A stretch of DNA of 64,000 nucleotides from Candidatus Bathyarchaeota archaeon (GCA_963775465.1 CAVZIW010000002.1:32001-96000), one strand, 5' to 3'; positions 29,013-39,424 are shown, counted from the stretch's first letter. The notes: a model not told the origin generated them from the letters alone. Program-made: numbers and translations.

Positions 29013-29881
29013 GAATTGCCGTAATCGGCGCGGGAAAAATGGGCGTTTGGTTCGCCAAGTTTTTTCTCGCTAAAGATTACGATGTTGTTTTAGCTGACCG
29101 GAAAAAGGAGAAACTTGAAAACCTCAAAGACGTTTTGGTGGACTTAACTACTAACTTCCAAGAGGCTGTTTTAGACGCTGACCAAATTTTTCTTTGCGTT
29201 TCCATAGATGCGATTGAGGAGGTAGTTAAAACAATCAGCCCTGTTCTGCGTGAAGGACAAGTAATTATGGACATCGCCTCAATCAAAGAAGCCCCAGTCA
29301 GAACTATGCATCAATACATAAAGACAGCAACTGTTTTGGGTACCCACCCTGTTTTTGGTCCAGGTAGTCATGGTCTAAAAAACAAAGCGTACGTGCTTAC
29401 ACCAACTACTCCTCAGGAGCAGGCGTTTGCGGAAAAATTCAAGGTGTGGCTTGAACAAGAAAAAGCAAATGTGTTTGTCATGACTCCAAAAAAGCATGAC
29501 GAATTGATGTCTGTTGTGTTAGGATTGCCGCATTTTGTTGGTTTAGTTGCTTGTGAAACGCTGTTAGAGCAGAAGAATTTGCTTGAAACCAAAAAAGTCG
29601 CGGGAACAACCTATCGTATGCTGTTCACATTGGCGGAGTCAACGGCGCTGGAAACCCCTGACCTCTTCGCAAACTTGCAAGCCAATTTGCCTGAACTGGG
29701 AAGAATCGAAGACTTATTTATGGTTAAAGCTCAAGAATGGGTTAGCTTAATAAAGAAGAAAGATTCAGATGCAATGATTCAACGTATGGAACAAATTAAG
29801 AAAAAGCTAAAGGAAAATGATAGCGACTTTGCCAAATCCTACGAAAACATGTATAAAATGCTGGAATCCACTGAAAAATAA
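29009..29881 (+). CDS. tyrA: Prephenate dehydrogenase
   Basis: IGAGKMG, DIASIK, HPVFGP, HDELMSVVLGLPH. Confidence 0.92.
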   Translation: MRIAVIGAGKMGVWFAKFFLAKDYDVVLADRKKEKLENLKDVLVDLTTNFQEAVLDADQIFLCVSIDAIEEVVKTISPVLREGQVIMDIASIKEAPVRTMHQYIKTATVLGTHPVFGPGSHGLKNKAYVLTPTTPQEQAFAEKFKVWLEQEKANVFVMTPKKHDELMSVVLGLPHFVGLVACETLLEQKNLLETKKVAGTTYRMLFTLAESTALETPDLFANLQANLPELGRIEDLFMVKAQEWVSLIKKKDSDAMIQRMEQIKKKLKENDSDFAKSYENMYKMLESTEK

Positions 29882-29905
29882 TCTGAATAATGAGGAAGCA
29901 CCACA

Positions 29906-30532
29906 ATGGCAAAAACCTTGCTCATAAACTGCTACTTAGAGGGCAAAGAAATCGATGAATTGCGCAAAGCTGCTGACAAGTTTAGTGCATGCACAGTTGT
30001 CTCCTATGAGAAGATAACCTCAGACTATAAAGTTGCGCAAGACATAGGCGCTGTGGTCATTAGTGGATCCGAAGCCCGAATAGTAAAAGCCTCTGATAGG
30101 GCAAAATTTGCCGGTGTTATGGAACTCATTGAATCATGTAGGCTGCCAATTCTTGGGGTTTGTTTTGGGTATCAGCTCCTTTGCTCTGTATTTGGAGCTA
30201 AAACAGCATCGATGCCCCACCCAATTATCGACCAATTTGGAGCGGTCAATGTAATACAAAGTGGCGATATATTTGCAAGGTTCAAACAAGGACAATCAAT
30301 TCCTCTAGCCCAGTATCACAACGACTTTGTCATAAAAGAAAGCCTTGATGATGCGGGCTTTAGGTTGCTGGCTGATTCTGTGTCATGTGAAGTTGAGGCT
30401 GTCAAACACAGAACTAATCCATTCTATGGTGTTCAATTTCACCCCGAGCGTGTTACAATAGGAAATAAAACACACCCCGAAGGACACAAAGTGATAGAGA
30501 ATTTTTACGTAAATGTAGTTAAGCGATTCTAG
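29906..30532 (+). CDS. Type 1 glutamine amidotransferase-like protein
   Basis: ISGS, LGVCFGYQL, YGVQFHPE catalytic triad motifs. Confidence 0.85.
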   Translation: MAKTLLINCYLEGKEIDELRKAADKFSACTVVSYEKITSDYKVAQDIGAVVISGSEARIVKASDRAKFAGVMELIESCRLPILGVCFGYQLLCSVFGAKTASMPHPIIDQFGAVNVIQSGDIFARFKQGQSIPLAQYHNDFVIKESLDDAGFRLLADSVSCEVEAVKHRTNPFYGVQFHPERVTIGNKTHPEGHKVIENFYVNVVKRF

Positions 30533-30813
30533 CGCAGAAATCAATCGAGAATTATTTTGACAGTAAGGTAAAATTTTATGTTTACTAGTTTTTCTGATAC
30601 ATCTCAAGATGAGAAAGAAAATTCGCCTAAAAGAGTATGAAACCAACAGTTTAGCCGAGGACTTAAACGTTTCTTAACCGAATGGTTGACGTGGAAAAAA
30701 TTAAGGTTGGCAAAAAGACAGCCCATTGACACTTGATCAGCGAAGAGGCTTTTCTGTTTGAGAAATATCTTAGACGTGAGCGGAAAGAGTGGATTCCGAG
30801 ATTCAGCTTTACA

Positions 30814-31107
30814 TTATGACTTTGATGTTTGTATCGCTCGATATTTTTCTGTCTCCAAAATAGCCAAGAGACGTCCCGTGATTGAATCAGCATCAGACAA
30901 AGTAAGCGAAAAATCGATCCTGCCAATAGCTGATTTAAACAATGCTTGATGGTCGGGTAGGATCTGAGATGCCATCTGCATCAGGTCGCGGAATTTTGAT
31001 GCAGACCCAGTTTTATATACTAGAAGTGAACGTCCCGTGGGTGTTTCCGTAAGAAATAATTTAGCCATCTTTTCAAGCTTTTCCAAATCGATTCCTTCTT
31101 TCACCAT
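30814..31107 (-). CDS. Hypothetical protein
   Basis: 97-aa ATG ORF with protein-like composition and no recognised motif. Confidence 0.4.
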   Translation of the reverse strand: MVKEGIDLEKLEKMAKLFLTETPTGRSLLVYKTGSASKFRDLMQMASQILPDHQALFKSAIGRIDFSLTLSDADSITGRLLAILETEKYRAIQTSKS

Positions 31108-31140
31108 TTATAGAGCGCGCGCGGCTAAAGACTGTTGTCG

Positions 31141-31479
31141 TCAGGGTATGTACTCTATAACAAGCTGCTCTGTTTGTTCAGTTGACAAATAGTCTGATAG
31201 ATACATCCGAATTAGTTCTCGTAGAGCATTCCTTCGCAGTTCCTTGTTGTATTGGTTATTTGATGCATTGTTAATTCCGCTATCTTTATTGTTAATTGAG
31301 CTGCAGGGATTGTTGATGGCGTAATTTGGGTTGTAAAAGTCGCTGTTTGGATTATTTAAGTAGCTATTTGGATTGTCATCCTTTGTCTTCAATACTTCGA
31401 CAATTTGCCTAAAAAGTGAACCGATTGGTATTGGCACAAAAATACACCCTATACTCTGGTCTATTAAAAGGTAAGGCAT
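31141..31479 (-). CDS. Hypothetical protein with Asn-rich 7-aa repeats
   Basis: Periodic NPNSYLN/NPNSDFY/NPNYAIN/NPCSSIN/NKDSGIN units followed by a helical C-terminus. Confidence 0.55.
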   Translation of the reverse strand: MPYLLIDQSIGCIFVPIPIGSLFRQIVEVLKTKDDNPNSYLNNPNSDFYNPNYAINNPCSSINNKDSGINNASNNQYNKELRRNALRELIRMYLSDYLSTEQTEQLVIEYIP

Positions 31480-31552
31480 CCTTATTAGTCTATACCGCAG
31501 GCGAAGTGCAAGTTATAGAGAGAAAGATCAAAATTTATGTGAACGTGTGAAG

Positions 31553-31867
31553 TTATTTCATTTGTTCAGCGTAGTTTATTTGCAGGTCTGTTATTAGTTT
31601 TCGCAGGCTTTCCATCTCCTTGTTATCTATGTTGGACTCAATTTTGTCAACAAGTGAGATTATGCAGTCTATGGCGACATGTGCTTTTGTTAGGTCTTTA
31701 TTTATTTTATTAGTGTGTGGATCAGCATGCAGTCCTATATTACGCCAGGCTTGTTCACTCAGTAGCATAATGAAGAACTCTACAAGTTGGTAAATATCTA
31801 GCGAAGATATGTCAACAGGGCTTGGTTCGTATTCTTTGTTTTCTGGTTCATTTGATGTCGAATTCAA
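31553..31867 (-). CDS. DUF1844-like protein
   Basis: QAW.NIGL..DP.T....DL.KA..AID...L...L.DLQ.NY pattern; SD GAGGTG upstream. Confidence 0.75.
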   Translation of the reverse strand: MNSTSNEPENKEYEPSPVDISSLDIYQLVEFFIMLLSEQAWRNIGLHADPHTNKINKDLTKAHVAIDCIISLVDKIESNIDNKEMESLRKLITDLQINYAEQMK

Positions 31868-31959
31868 CCGTAAACACCTCTCTAACTCTATTCTGTAATC
31901 TCAAATTTCATTTATATTCCTAACCCTAAGTTAAGGGATAAATGTGGTTGGGTACCGTC

Positions 31960-32781
31960 TTATGGCAAAATAGCTTTAGGGTAAGAACCTAAGATCTTCA
32001 CGAAAACCGCATATTTCTCCAATGCTATAAGAGCTTCGGCGCATTTTTGTTCGGTTCGATGTCCATCGAAGTCAAGGTAGAAGTTGTATTCCCAGGCGGT
32101 TTTTTTGGTTGGGCGGGATTCGATGCGTGTTAAGTTGATTTTGCGTTTGGCAAATTCACCTAGTGCATTGTATAGTGCGCCAGGTTCATGTTTGGCTGAG
32201 AAGATAATGCTGGTCTTATCTTTGCCTGTGCGTGCTGAATCTTCATGGGAGAGAACAAAGAAACGAGTAAAATTGTCTTTGTTGTCAGCTATATCTCTCT
32301 CCAGGATCTCCATGTCGTTTAACTCAGCTGCATGCTGGCTTGCGATAGCTGCTGCGTTTGTGATTTTTTGTTCTTTAATGATTTTTACACTGCCTGCGGT
32401 GTCATAAGCGGGGATTATTTCCCACTTCATCTTTTCCAGATATTTGCGACATTGCGCCAAAGCTTGAGGATGAGAATACACAGCTTTGATTTGCTCCATT
32501 GTTGTGCCTGGGTTAACGATGAGGCAATGCGCAATTCTGACGATGACTTCACCACATACTTTGAGATCGTAATTGAAAAAAAGGTCATAGTTTTGATTAA
32601 TGCTGCCCTCTATTGAGTTCTCCACGGGCACAACTCCCGCCGCAACTTGACCTTGCTTAACTGTTTCGAAAACTTCTAAAAAATCTCGGCAGGGCTTAGC
32701 TTCCACTTTAGAGCCGAAAAACTGAAAAACTGCAGATTCACTGTAGGCGCCAGGTTCTCCTTGGAAGGCTACGATTTTCAC
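31960..32781 (-). CDS. pheA: Prephenate dehydratase (PDT + ACT)
   Basis: FQGEPGAYSE, VPVENSIEG, SHPQALAQC, NFTRF, IESRP. Confidence 0.95.
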   Translation of the reverse strand: MKIVAFQGEPGAYSESAVFQFFGSKVEAKPCRDFLEVFETVKQGQVAAGVVPVENSIEGSINQNYDLFFNYDLKVCGEVIVRIAHCLIVNPGTTMEQIKAVYSHPQALAQCRKYLEKMKWEIIPAYDTAGSVKIIKEQKITNAAAIASQHAAELNDMEILERDIADNKDNFTRFFVLSHEDSARTGKDKTSIIFSAKHEPGALYNALGEFAKRKINLTRIESRPTKKTAWEYNFYLDFDGHRTEQKCAEALIALEKYAVFVKILGSYPKAILP

Positions 32782-34313
32782 TTTTTATTTCCCTGCTTAT
32801 GATTTTTTAGCAAGAGCTTGTTTATACCATTTATCATGGCTTCTACGCTTGCCATTACGATGTCTTCTCGGGCTGCACGTGCTGAAACGATGTTCCCTTT
32901 TTCGTCTTCTACTTTAATCACTACTTCGGCAACAGCATTGGAACCGCCCGTGATAGCTTCAAGTCGGTATTCGCTAAGACGGACTTTTTCCAAGTTGCTA
33001 GTTAGCTTCTGGATGGCTTTGAGAACTGCATCAACTGGGCCAACGCCTGTTTCAGCAGCAATATACTCTTTACCATCTAACGTTAAACGTACTGAGGCTG
33101 TTGGAATGACTTTAATGCCGGTTACTACAGCCATGTCGCATAAGTCAACGATTTTTTCTTCGCCAACTACTTCACCTATTACAGCAGAAGTTAACGCTAT
33201 CAAGTCGGCGTCAGTGACCATTTTGCCTTTGTCACCAAGTTCTTTAACCCGTTGCACGATTTCTTTTAGTTGCTCTTCAGTTGGGTGGATGCCAATTTCT
33301 TCCAGTTCTGCTTTGATTCCCCTTGTTCCTGCCAATTTACCAGCGACTAGTTTGCGTGTGCGTCCGACAAGTTCGGGGTTGATAGGTTCGAAGGTAAGGG
33401 GTTGTTCGGTAACGCCGCGGGTGTGAATGCCTGATTCGTGGGCAAACGCGTTTTCTCCCACGATGGCTTTGTTGGCTTGCACTTTAATACCCGTTAAGGC
33501 AGCTACCATACGGCTGGTGCTGTAGAGTAGTCTTGTGTTGACTCCGGTTTTATACTTGTAGATTACGTGTAACGCGGTTACGACTTCTTCAAGTGCTGTA
33601 TTTCCTGCCCGTTCTCCCAATCCGTTGACGGCGACGTGCACTTGGGTTGCGCCTGCTTCAACTGCAGCTAAACTGTTTGCAACTGCCAGACCGAAGTCGT
33701 CATGGCAATGGATGCTTATCGGAACGGTGACAACGGTTTTTAAGTCTTCGATTAGTTTGGCAGTTGTTTTGGGGATCATGATTCCCACGGTGTCGGGGAC
33801 GTTTAAGGTGTCCATGCCTGCATCTTGTGCAGCTTTGCATATTTTTTTCAAGAAAGCCAGTTCGCTACGTGTAGCATCCATTGGTGAAAACTCACATTTA
33901 ATGCCGTGCTTCTTTACGTACTGAATAGATTCGACTGCCGAAGCCAACACTTGTTCCTCCGTTAAATTAACGGCGTGTTTCATTTGTACAGGCGAGGTTG
34001 GGATGAAAACGTGAATTAAGTCAACGTCGCAACTCAGCGCTGCGTCGATGTCTCCTTTAGTTGCCCTTGACAAAGCGCATATTTCCGAGGATAAACCCAG
34101 TTTAGCGATTTCTTTGACTACTTTTTGCTCGCCGTCTGACGAACTTGGAAAACCAGCTTCAATAACATCAACGCCAAGTATGCTTAGTTGACGCGCTATC
34201 TCAATTTTATCATCGGCAGTTAAAGAAACTCCGGGGGTTTGTTCCCCGTCTCTTAAGGTAGTATCTAAAATACGAATGGTTCTTTGTGTTCTGTCTGGAG
34301 TCATTTTAGCCAC
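32778..34313 (-). CDS. leuA: 2-isopropylmalate synthase (LeuA/CimA family)
   Basis: DTTLRDGEQTPG, HCHDDFG, GERAGN, HESGIH, regulatory domain GPVDA; located in the leuCDB operon. Confidence 0.85.
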   Translation of the reverse strand: MAKMTPDRTQRTIRILDTTLRDGEQTPGVSLTADDKIEIARQLSILGVDVIEAGFPSSSDGEQKVVKEIAKLGLSSEICALSRATKGDIDAALSCDVDLIHVFIPTSPVQMKHAVNLTEEQVLASAVESIQYVKKHGIKCEFSPMDATRSELAFLKKICKAAQDAGMDTLNVPDTVGIMIPKTTAKLIEDLKTVVTVPISIHCHDDFGLAVANSLAAVEAGATQVHVAVNGLGERAGNTALEEVVTALHVIYKYKTGVNTRLLYSTSRMVAALTGIKVQANKAIVGENAFAHESGIHTRGVTEQPLTFEPINPELVGRTRKLVAGKLAGTRGIKAELEEIGIHPTEEQLKEIVQRVKELGDKGKMVTDADLIALTSAVIGEVVGEEKIVDLCDMAVVTGIKVIPTASVRLTLDGKEYIAAETGVGPVDAVLKAIQKLTSNLEKVRLSEYRLEAITGGSNAVAEVVIKVEDEKGNIVSARAAREDIVMASVEAMINGINKLLLKNHKQGNKK

Positions 34314-35343
34314 TTTTTTCTGTTAAGGCTGCGGCAATGGCTTCTGCCATTCCCACGGTTGTGGTTTTGCCGCCGCAGTCTGGAACAGATTGGCCGTTGC
34401 GCAAAGCGTACACTACTCCGTTCTCTATGGCTGCACCTGCTTGTAAGCATTTCTTGTCTCCGTACTTTTCACCCAGCCAATCCAGCATCATTTGTGCTGA
34501 TAGAATCATGCTGATTGGGTTTGCGGTGTGTTTACCTGCACGGTTTGGTGCGGAGCCATGTATGGGTTCGAATAAGCCAAAGTTGTCGCCGATGTTTGCG
34601 CCTGGAGCCATGCCCAACCCGCCGATCAATTGTGCTGCTTCATCGCTGAGTATGTCACCGAACATGTTGCATGTGCAAAGAACGTCAAAGGTTTGTGGTT
34701 CTTTTATTAGACGCATGGAAGCTGCATCAACGTAGAGTTCGTTGAAGGCGATGTCGGGGTAGCTTTTGGAGACTTCCCTGCAAACGCTTGCAAATAGGCC
34801 ATCAGTGACTCGCATAACATTTGCTTTGTGGATTGCTGTGACTTTCTTTTTGCCGTTTCTTAGGCGTGCGATTTCGAATGCTTTTTTGGCGATGCGTTCG
34901 CTGTTTTTACGTGTGATGACGCGTAAGCAAACTGTGGTGTCATTGCCGATTGTAAATTCTAGTCCTTTGTAGACGTCTTCGGTGTTTTCACGAACAAAGA
35001 ACATGTCGATATCTGGACGGGCAACAGGAACTGCTGGGAAAGCTTTCAATGGACGCAGGTTTGCATAAAGATCAAACATGCAACGAAGTTTTACTATGAC
35101 ATCTGCTGCGGACTCACCGACTGGACCTTTAAGGCAGGCATGGGAATCCTTGATTTTTTCCACAGTGTCCGCAGGCAACGCGGCGCCAAATGTTTCAAGG
35201 GCTATGTCACCTGCTGGGGAATCGATAATTTTTAATTTTAATCCGAATTTTTTCTCTGCTGCTTCAAGAACTTTTAGTGTGGCTTCGGATAATTCGGGTC
35301 CGATACCATCGCCTTGAATTAAGGATATTTTGTATTCTGTCAT
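34306..35343 (-). CDS. leuB: 3-isopropylmalate dehydrogenase
   Basis: GDGIGPE, GESAADVIVKLR, RENTED, HKANV, NMFGDILSD, EPIHGSAP. Confidence 0.9.
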   Translation of the reverse strand: MTEYKISLIQGDGIGPELSEATLKVLEAAEKKFGLKLKIIDSPAGDIALETFGAALPADTVEKIKDSHACLKGPVGESAADVIVKLRCMFDLYANLRPLKAFPAVPVARPDIDMFFVRENTEDVYKGLEFTIGNDTTVCLRVITRKNSERIAKKAFEIARLRNGKKKVTAIHKANVMRVTDGLFASVCREVSKSYPDIAFNELYVDAASMRLIKEPQTFDVLCTCNMFGDILSDEAAQLIGGLGMAPGANIGDNFGLFEPIHGSAPNRAGKHTANPISMILSAQMMLDWLGEKYGDKKCLQAGAAIENGVVYALRNGQSVPDCGGKTTTVGMAEAIAAALTEKSG

Positions 35344-35840
35344 TTTTTCATTTTTCTCCGTAAGTTTTCAATTAGACCGCCGTCCGTTAGGATTTGCATT
35401 ATGAAGGGGGGTAATTTTTCCACTTGGAATTTTTTGCCGTTTGTATTGTTCTCGATTTTGCCAGTTTCAAAGTCTACGGCTATTTCGTCGCCTGTCTTAA
35501 CCGCCTCTGATATGCCTTTGCATTCGATTACAGGTAAACCTATGTTGATCGAGTTGCGAAAAAATATTCTTGCAAAGGATTCGGCGATTACGCATTTAAC
35601 ACCTGAGTATTTCAGGGCTAAAGGTGCTTGTTCGCGACTGGACCCGCAGCCGAAGTTTTTGCCACCGACTAATATGACACCATCTTTAGCTTTCGCTACA
35701 AATTCGGTGTCTATACTTTCCAAGGCGTGTTTGCCTAGCTCGTTAGGATCAACGAGGATTAGGTATTTGCCTGGTAGGATGACGTCAGTGTCGATGTTAT
35801 TGCCAAAAACTATAGCTCTTGCTTTGATTTTATTGTTCAT
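35340..35840 (-). CDS. leuD: 3-isopropylmalate dehydratase small subunit
   Basis: NIDTDVILP, NFGCGSSREQA, SFARIFFRN. Confidence 0.93.
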   Translation of the reverse strand: MNNKIKARAIVFGNNIDTDVILPGKYLILVDPNELGKHALESIDTEFVAKAKDGVILVGGKNFGCGSSREQAPLALKYSGVKCVIAESFARIFFRNSINIGLPVIECKGISEAVKTGDEIAVDFETGKIENNTNGKKFQVEKLPPFIMQILTDGGLIENLRRKMKK

Positions 35841-37108
35841 TACGGTTTTGCCTCCAAATCAGCTGGATCGGTGATTCTTCCTGTAACTGCAGAAGCTGCA
35901 ACTGTTGCAGGTGATGCCAAGTAGACGTTGGCTTGGGTGCTGCCCATTCTACCTATAAAGTTGCGATTGGATGAACTGACACATGTTTCGCCGGCTGCCA
36001 ATAAGCCGATATGGCCTCCCAAACAAGGTCCACAGGCAGAGCCACATACGATTGCACCTGCATCTGTAAAGATTTTTAATAAACCTTCTTGCATGGCTTG
36101 ACTATAGACTTCTTGAGATGCAGGGATGACTAGGGCTCTGACGCCGTCTTTGACTTTTCTGCCCTTTATAACTTGAGCTGCGACCTGTAAGTCTTCCAAT
36201 CTACCGTTGGTGCAGGATCCGATAAAAGCTTGATCGACTGGAACGATTCCGATCTCTGAGACAGGTTTAACGTTGTCAACAGATGATGGGCAAGCGACTT
36301 GAGAAGGCATTTTTGAAATGTCGAATTCGACACTGCGCTCGTACTCAGCATCCTTGTCGCTTTGCAGAGCTTCGAAGTCTGGCAAAGTATTTGCTCTTGT
36401 GGATAAAAATTTGCGAGTGGTTTCGTCGGGTGCGATAATGCCGTTTTTGGCTCCCATCTCAACTGCCATATTACAAACTGTCATTCGACCAGCTATGCTC
36501 ATGTTTTGAATGGTTGGACCTGTGAATTCTGCAGCTTTGTATATTGCACCATCCGCGCTTAACTTGCCAATTATGGACAATATTAGATCTTTTGCCGTGA
36601 CATATTTGGGGAAATTGCCTTTAACGTTGACTTTAACTGTAGGCGGCACTTTGAACCAGATCTTGCCTGTTGCAAACACTGCGGCTGCTTCGGTTGAGCC
36701 GATGCCTGTTGCAAAAGCGCCGAATGCTCCGTACGTGCAGGTGTGGCTGTCTGCGCCGACAATTACGGTTCCTGGAATTACGTGTCCTTTTTCGGGCATA
36801 ACTTGGTGACAGATTCCGCCTCTACCAACATCGTAGAACGTCAGATTTTGATCTTTGGCAAATTGTCGCATTGTTTTATGCAGTTCTGCGGCTTTAACAG
36901 ACTCTGCTGGGACTTGGTGATCCAGAATTACTACTACTTTTTTGTTATCCCAAACTTTTTGGGTGCCTATTTTTTTGAATGCTTCAACCGCCAAGGGTCC
37001 GGTTAAGTCGTGCACCATTATCATATCGACGTTTGCGTCCACGATTTCACCTGGATGAACAGCTTTTTTGCTTGCGGCTTTGGCTAAGATTTTTTCTGTA
37101 ATGTTCAT
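35840..37108 (-). CDS. leuC: 3-isopropylmalate dehydratase large subunit
   Basis: DSHTCTYG, IGSCTNGR, CGPCLG, SNRNFIGRMG. Confidence 0.94.
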   Translation of the reverse strand: MNITEKILAKAASKKAVHPGEIVDANVDMIMVHDLTGPLAVEAFKKIGTQKVWDNKKVVVILDHQVPAESVKAAELHKTMRQFAKDQNLTFYDVGRGGICHQVMPEKGHVIPGTVIVGADSHTCTYGAFGAFATGIGSTEAAAVFATGKIWFKVPPTVKVNVKGNFPKYVTAKDLILSIIGKLSADGAIYKAAEFTGPTIQNMSIAGRMTVCNMAVEMGAKNGIIAPDETTRKFLSTRANTLPDFEALQSDKDAEYERSVEFDISKMPSQVACPSSVDNVKPVSEIGIVPVDQAFIGSCTNGRLEDLQVAAQVIKGRKVKDGVRALVIPASQEVYSQAMQEGLLKIFTDAGAIVCGSACGPCLGGHIGLLAAGETCVSSSNRNFIGRMGSTQANVYLASPATVAASAVTGRITDPADLEAKP

Positions 37109-37205
37109 GATGTTTACCTTGTCTTTGAATTAACCTGAATAGAGCTGGATAAATTGGGATTTTAAAAGAACAGAGAATTAAGTATTTCCGCTTTACTCAT
37201 GCCGT

Positions 37206-37718
37206 TTATTCGTCAATTCTTATTGATTTGGCACCCCGTGCCAGCGCTGTTATTCCTGTTCTTGCTAATTCAATGATTCCGTATGCTTTCATTAGGTTAA
37301 GGAACGCATCAATTTTGTCAGGGGTTCCTGTGATTTCAACTGTTAAGCTATCTGTAGAGACATCGATGATTCTGCCGCGGAACACTTCGACACAGTTTAT
37401 TATATCGCTACGTTCTTTGCTGCTTGGTACGTTGACTTTTACTAGTGATAGTTCACGCATGACAAAGTTGCCCTGTGAAAGTTCGTCAATTGTTAAGACA
37501 TCGATTTGTTTGGCGACTTGTTTGATTACTTGATCGATGGTTTTTTCGTCTTCATTAACAGTTATAGTCATTCGCGCGATGTCCTTTTGTTGGGTGGGAC
37601 CGACAGTGATGGATTCGATGTTAAAGTTTCGGCGTCGGAACAGGTTGGCTATTGTGTGGAGGACTCCTGGTTTGTTTTCGACTAGAACGGAGATAACTTT
37701 GGTTTTTCCGGTTTCCAT
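37206..37718 (-). CDS. ilvN: Acetolactate synthase small (regulatory) subunit
   Basis: ISVLVENKPGVL, FRRRNFNIESITVG, ELARTG. Confidence 0.93.
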   Translation of the reverse strand: METGKTKVISVLVENKPGVLHTIANLFRRRNFNIESITVGPTQQKDIARMTITVNEDEKTIDQVIKQVAKQIDVLTIDELSQGNFVMRELSLVKVNVPSSKERSDIINCVEVFRGRIIDVSTDSLTVEITGTPDKIDAFLNLMKAYGIIELARTGITALARGAKSIRIDE

Positions 37719-39424
37719 TAGTAGTCACCTTTTTGTTGGGGTAATCCGCATCCTGGTGGCACAAAGGGAACGACGTCGTTCTCGGAGCCAATGGGTACGT
37801 CGATTACCGTTGTTACCTTACTAGTCAGTGCTGTATTAACAGCTTTGTGGAATTCCTCGATTGAAGTTGCTCTTATTCCATGTGCTCCGTAAGCTTCTGC
37901 TAGCTTAACAAAGTCAGGTGTTTTGCCCAAATTAACTGCCATATAGCGGCGATTGTAGAGCATTCGCTGCCACTGTGCCACCATACCAAGCACAGAGTTG
38001 TTTAGCAATATGACTATAACAGGAATGTTTTCGTTAACGCTACAGGCTAACTCTTGTTCCGACATTATGAAGCTGCCGTCTCCTGCAATATCCACAACCA
38101 CTCGATCTGGGCATGCTACTTTGGCTCCGATGGCTGCAGGGAAGCCAAATCCCATCGTGCCTAGTCCACCTGAACTAATGAAAGTTCGAGGCATCAGACT
38201 TTTGAAGTATAATGCCGACCACATTTGGTTCTGTCCGACTTCTGTGGTGACAATGGCACTTTCAGGTAGTAGCTTGCGCAGTTCGCTTAGTAATGCTTTG
38301 GGTACCAGATCCCGGGGTAAGTCCTTGATTAATGGACTCAATTGTTCTTTTGCTTCTTTAACTCGTTTAGTCCATGCCTTGCCTTCGCCTTTTTTCAGTC
38401 TCTCATTGACTGCTGCAATTAGCATCTTCATTGTTATTTTGGCGTCTGCGACAATGGGTAAATCCACTTCAATGTTTTTGTTGATTTCAGCGTTATCTAT
38501 GTCTATTTGGATTTTTTTAGCGTTCTGCGCGAACGTGTCAAGGTTTGCGGTAGCGCGGTCAGAGAATCTTGTACCAATGGCCAACAACAGGTCTGCTTCA
38601 CTTAACAGTCTATTTGCCGCGGGGTTTCCGTGCATACCTATGCTTCCCAAAGATAGTGGGTGAGTTTCTGGAAATGCTCCTTTACCCATGAAGGTAGTTG
38701 CGACTGGAGCCATCAATAAATCTGACATTGCAACAATTTCGTCTGATGCCCCTGAAATTATCGCTCCGCCTCCTGCTAGTATTATTGGGCGTTCAGCTTT
38801 GGCTAGTAATTCAGCGGCTTTGCTTATTCTGTTTGGGCTGGGATGGGTGATTAGTTTGTATCCTCTCAAATCTATTTTATCTGTCAATTCAATGTCAGCA
38901 GTTCCTGCTTGAACGTTCTTTGGCAAATCAATAAGAACTGGTCCTGGTCTGCCTGTGGTAGCCAAGTGGAAAGCGTTGTTAACCATGACTGGGATTTCCT
39001 CGACGCTTCGAGGTTGATAACTATATTTAGTAACAGCTGTGACAATGCCGATTATATCAGATTCTTGGAAGGCGTCTCTTCCAATCATGTAGCTAGTATT
39101 TGCTCCTGTGCTAGGGACTTGGCCTGTTAGGGCAATTATCGGAGAAGAATCCATGTAGGCATTGGCTATACCTGTGACTAGATTGGTGGCTCCTGGACCA
39201 CTAGTTGCCATGCAAACGCCTGCGCGTCCGCTGGCTCTTGCATAACCTTCTGCTTCATGAGCGGCGCATTGCTCGTGTCGAGCAAGAATATGACGGATTT
39301 TTTTGTTGCCGCATAATGCATCGTATACTGGGAGTATGGCTCCACCTAAGATGCCAAAGATTGTATCAACCTTTTGTCTTTCAAGGGATTTTAAGAGTGC
39401 TTGTGCACCAGACATTTTTGTCAT
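37718..39424 (-). CDS. ilvB: Acetolactate synthase large subunit
   Basis: RHEQ.A.H.A.GYAR, TSGPGATN, SGGLGTMGFG, GDGSF, LGMVAQWQ. Confidence 0.95.
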   Translation of the reverse strand: MTKMSGAQALLKSLERQKVDTIFGILGGAILPVYDALCGNKKIRHILARHEQCAAHEAEGYARASGRAGVCMATSGPGATNLVTGIANAYMDSSPIIALTGQVPSTGANTSYMIGRDAFQESDIIGIVTAVTKYSYQPRSVEEIPVMVNNAFHLATTGRPGPVLIDLPKNVQAGTADIELTDKIDLRGYKLITHPSPNRISKAAELLAKAERPIILAGGGAIISGASDEIVAMSDLLMAPVATTFMGKGAFPETHPLSLGSIGMHGNPAANRLLSEADLLLAIGTRFSDRATANLDTFAQNAKKIQIDIDNAEINKNIEVDLPIVADAKITMKMLIAAVNERLKKGEGKAWTKRVKEAKEQLSPLIKDLPRDLVPKALLSELRKLLPESAIVTTEVGQNQMWSALYFKSLMPRTFISSGGLGTMGFGFPAAIGAKVACPDRVVVDIAGDGSFIMSEQELACSVNENIPVIVILLNNSVLGMVAQWQRMLYNRRYMAVNLGKTPDFVKLAEAYGAHGIRATSIEEFHKAVNTALTSKVTTVIDVPIGSENDVVPFVPPGCGLPQQKGDY

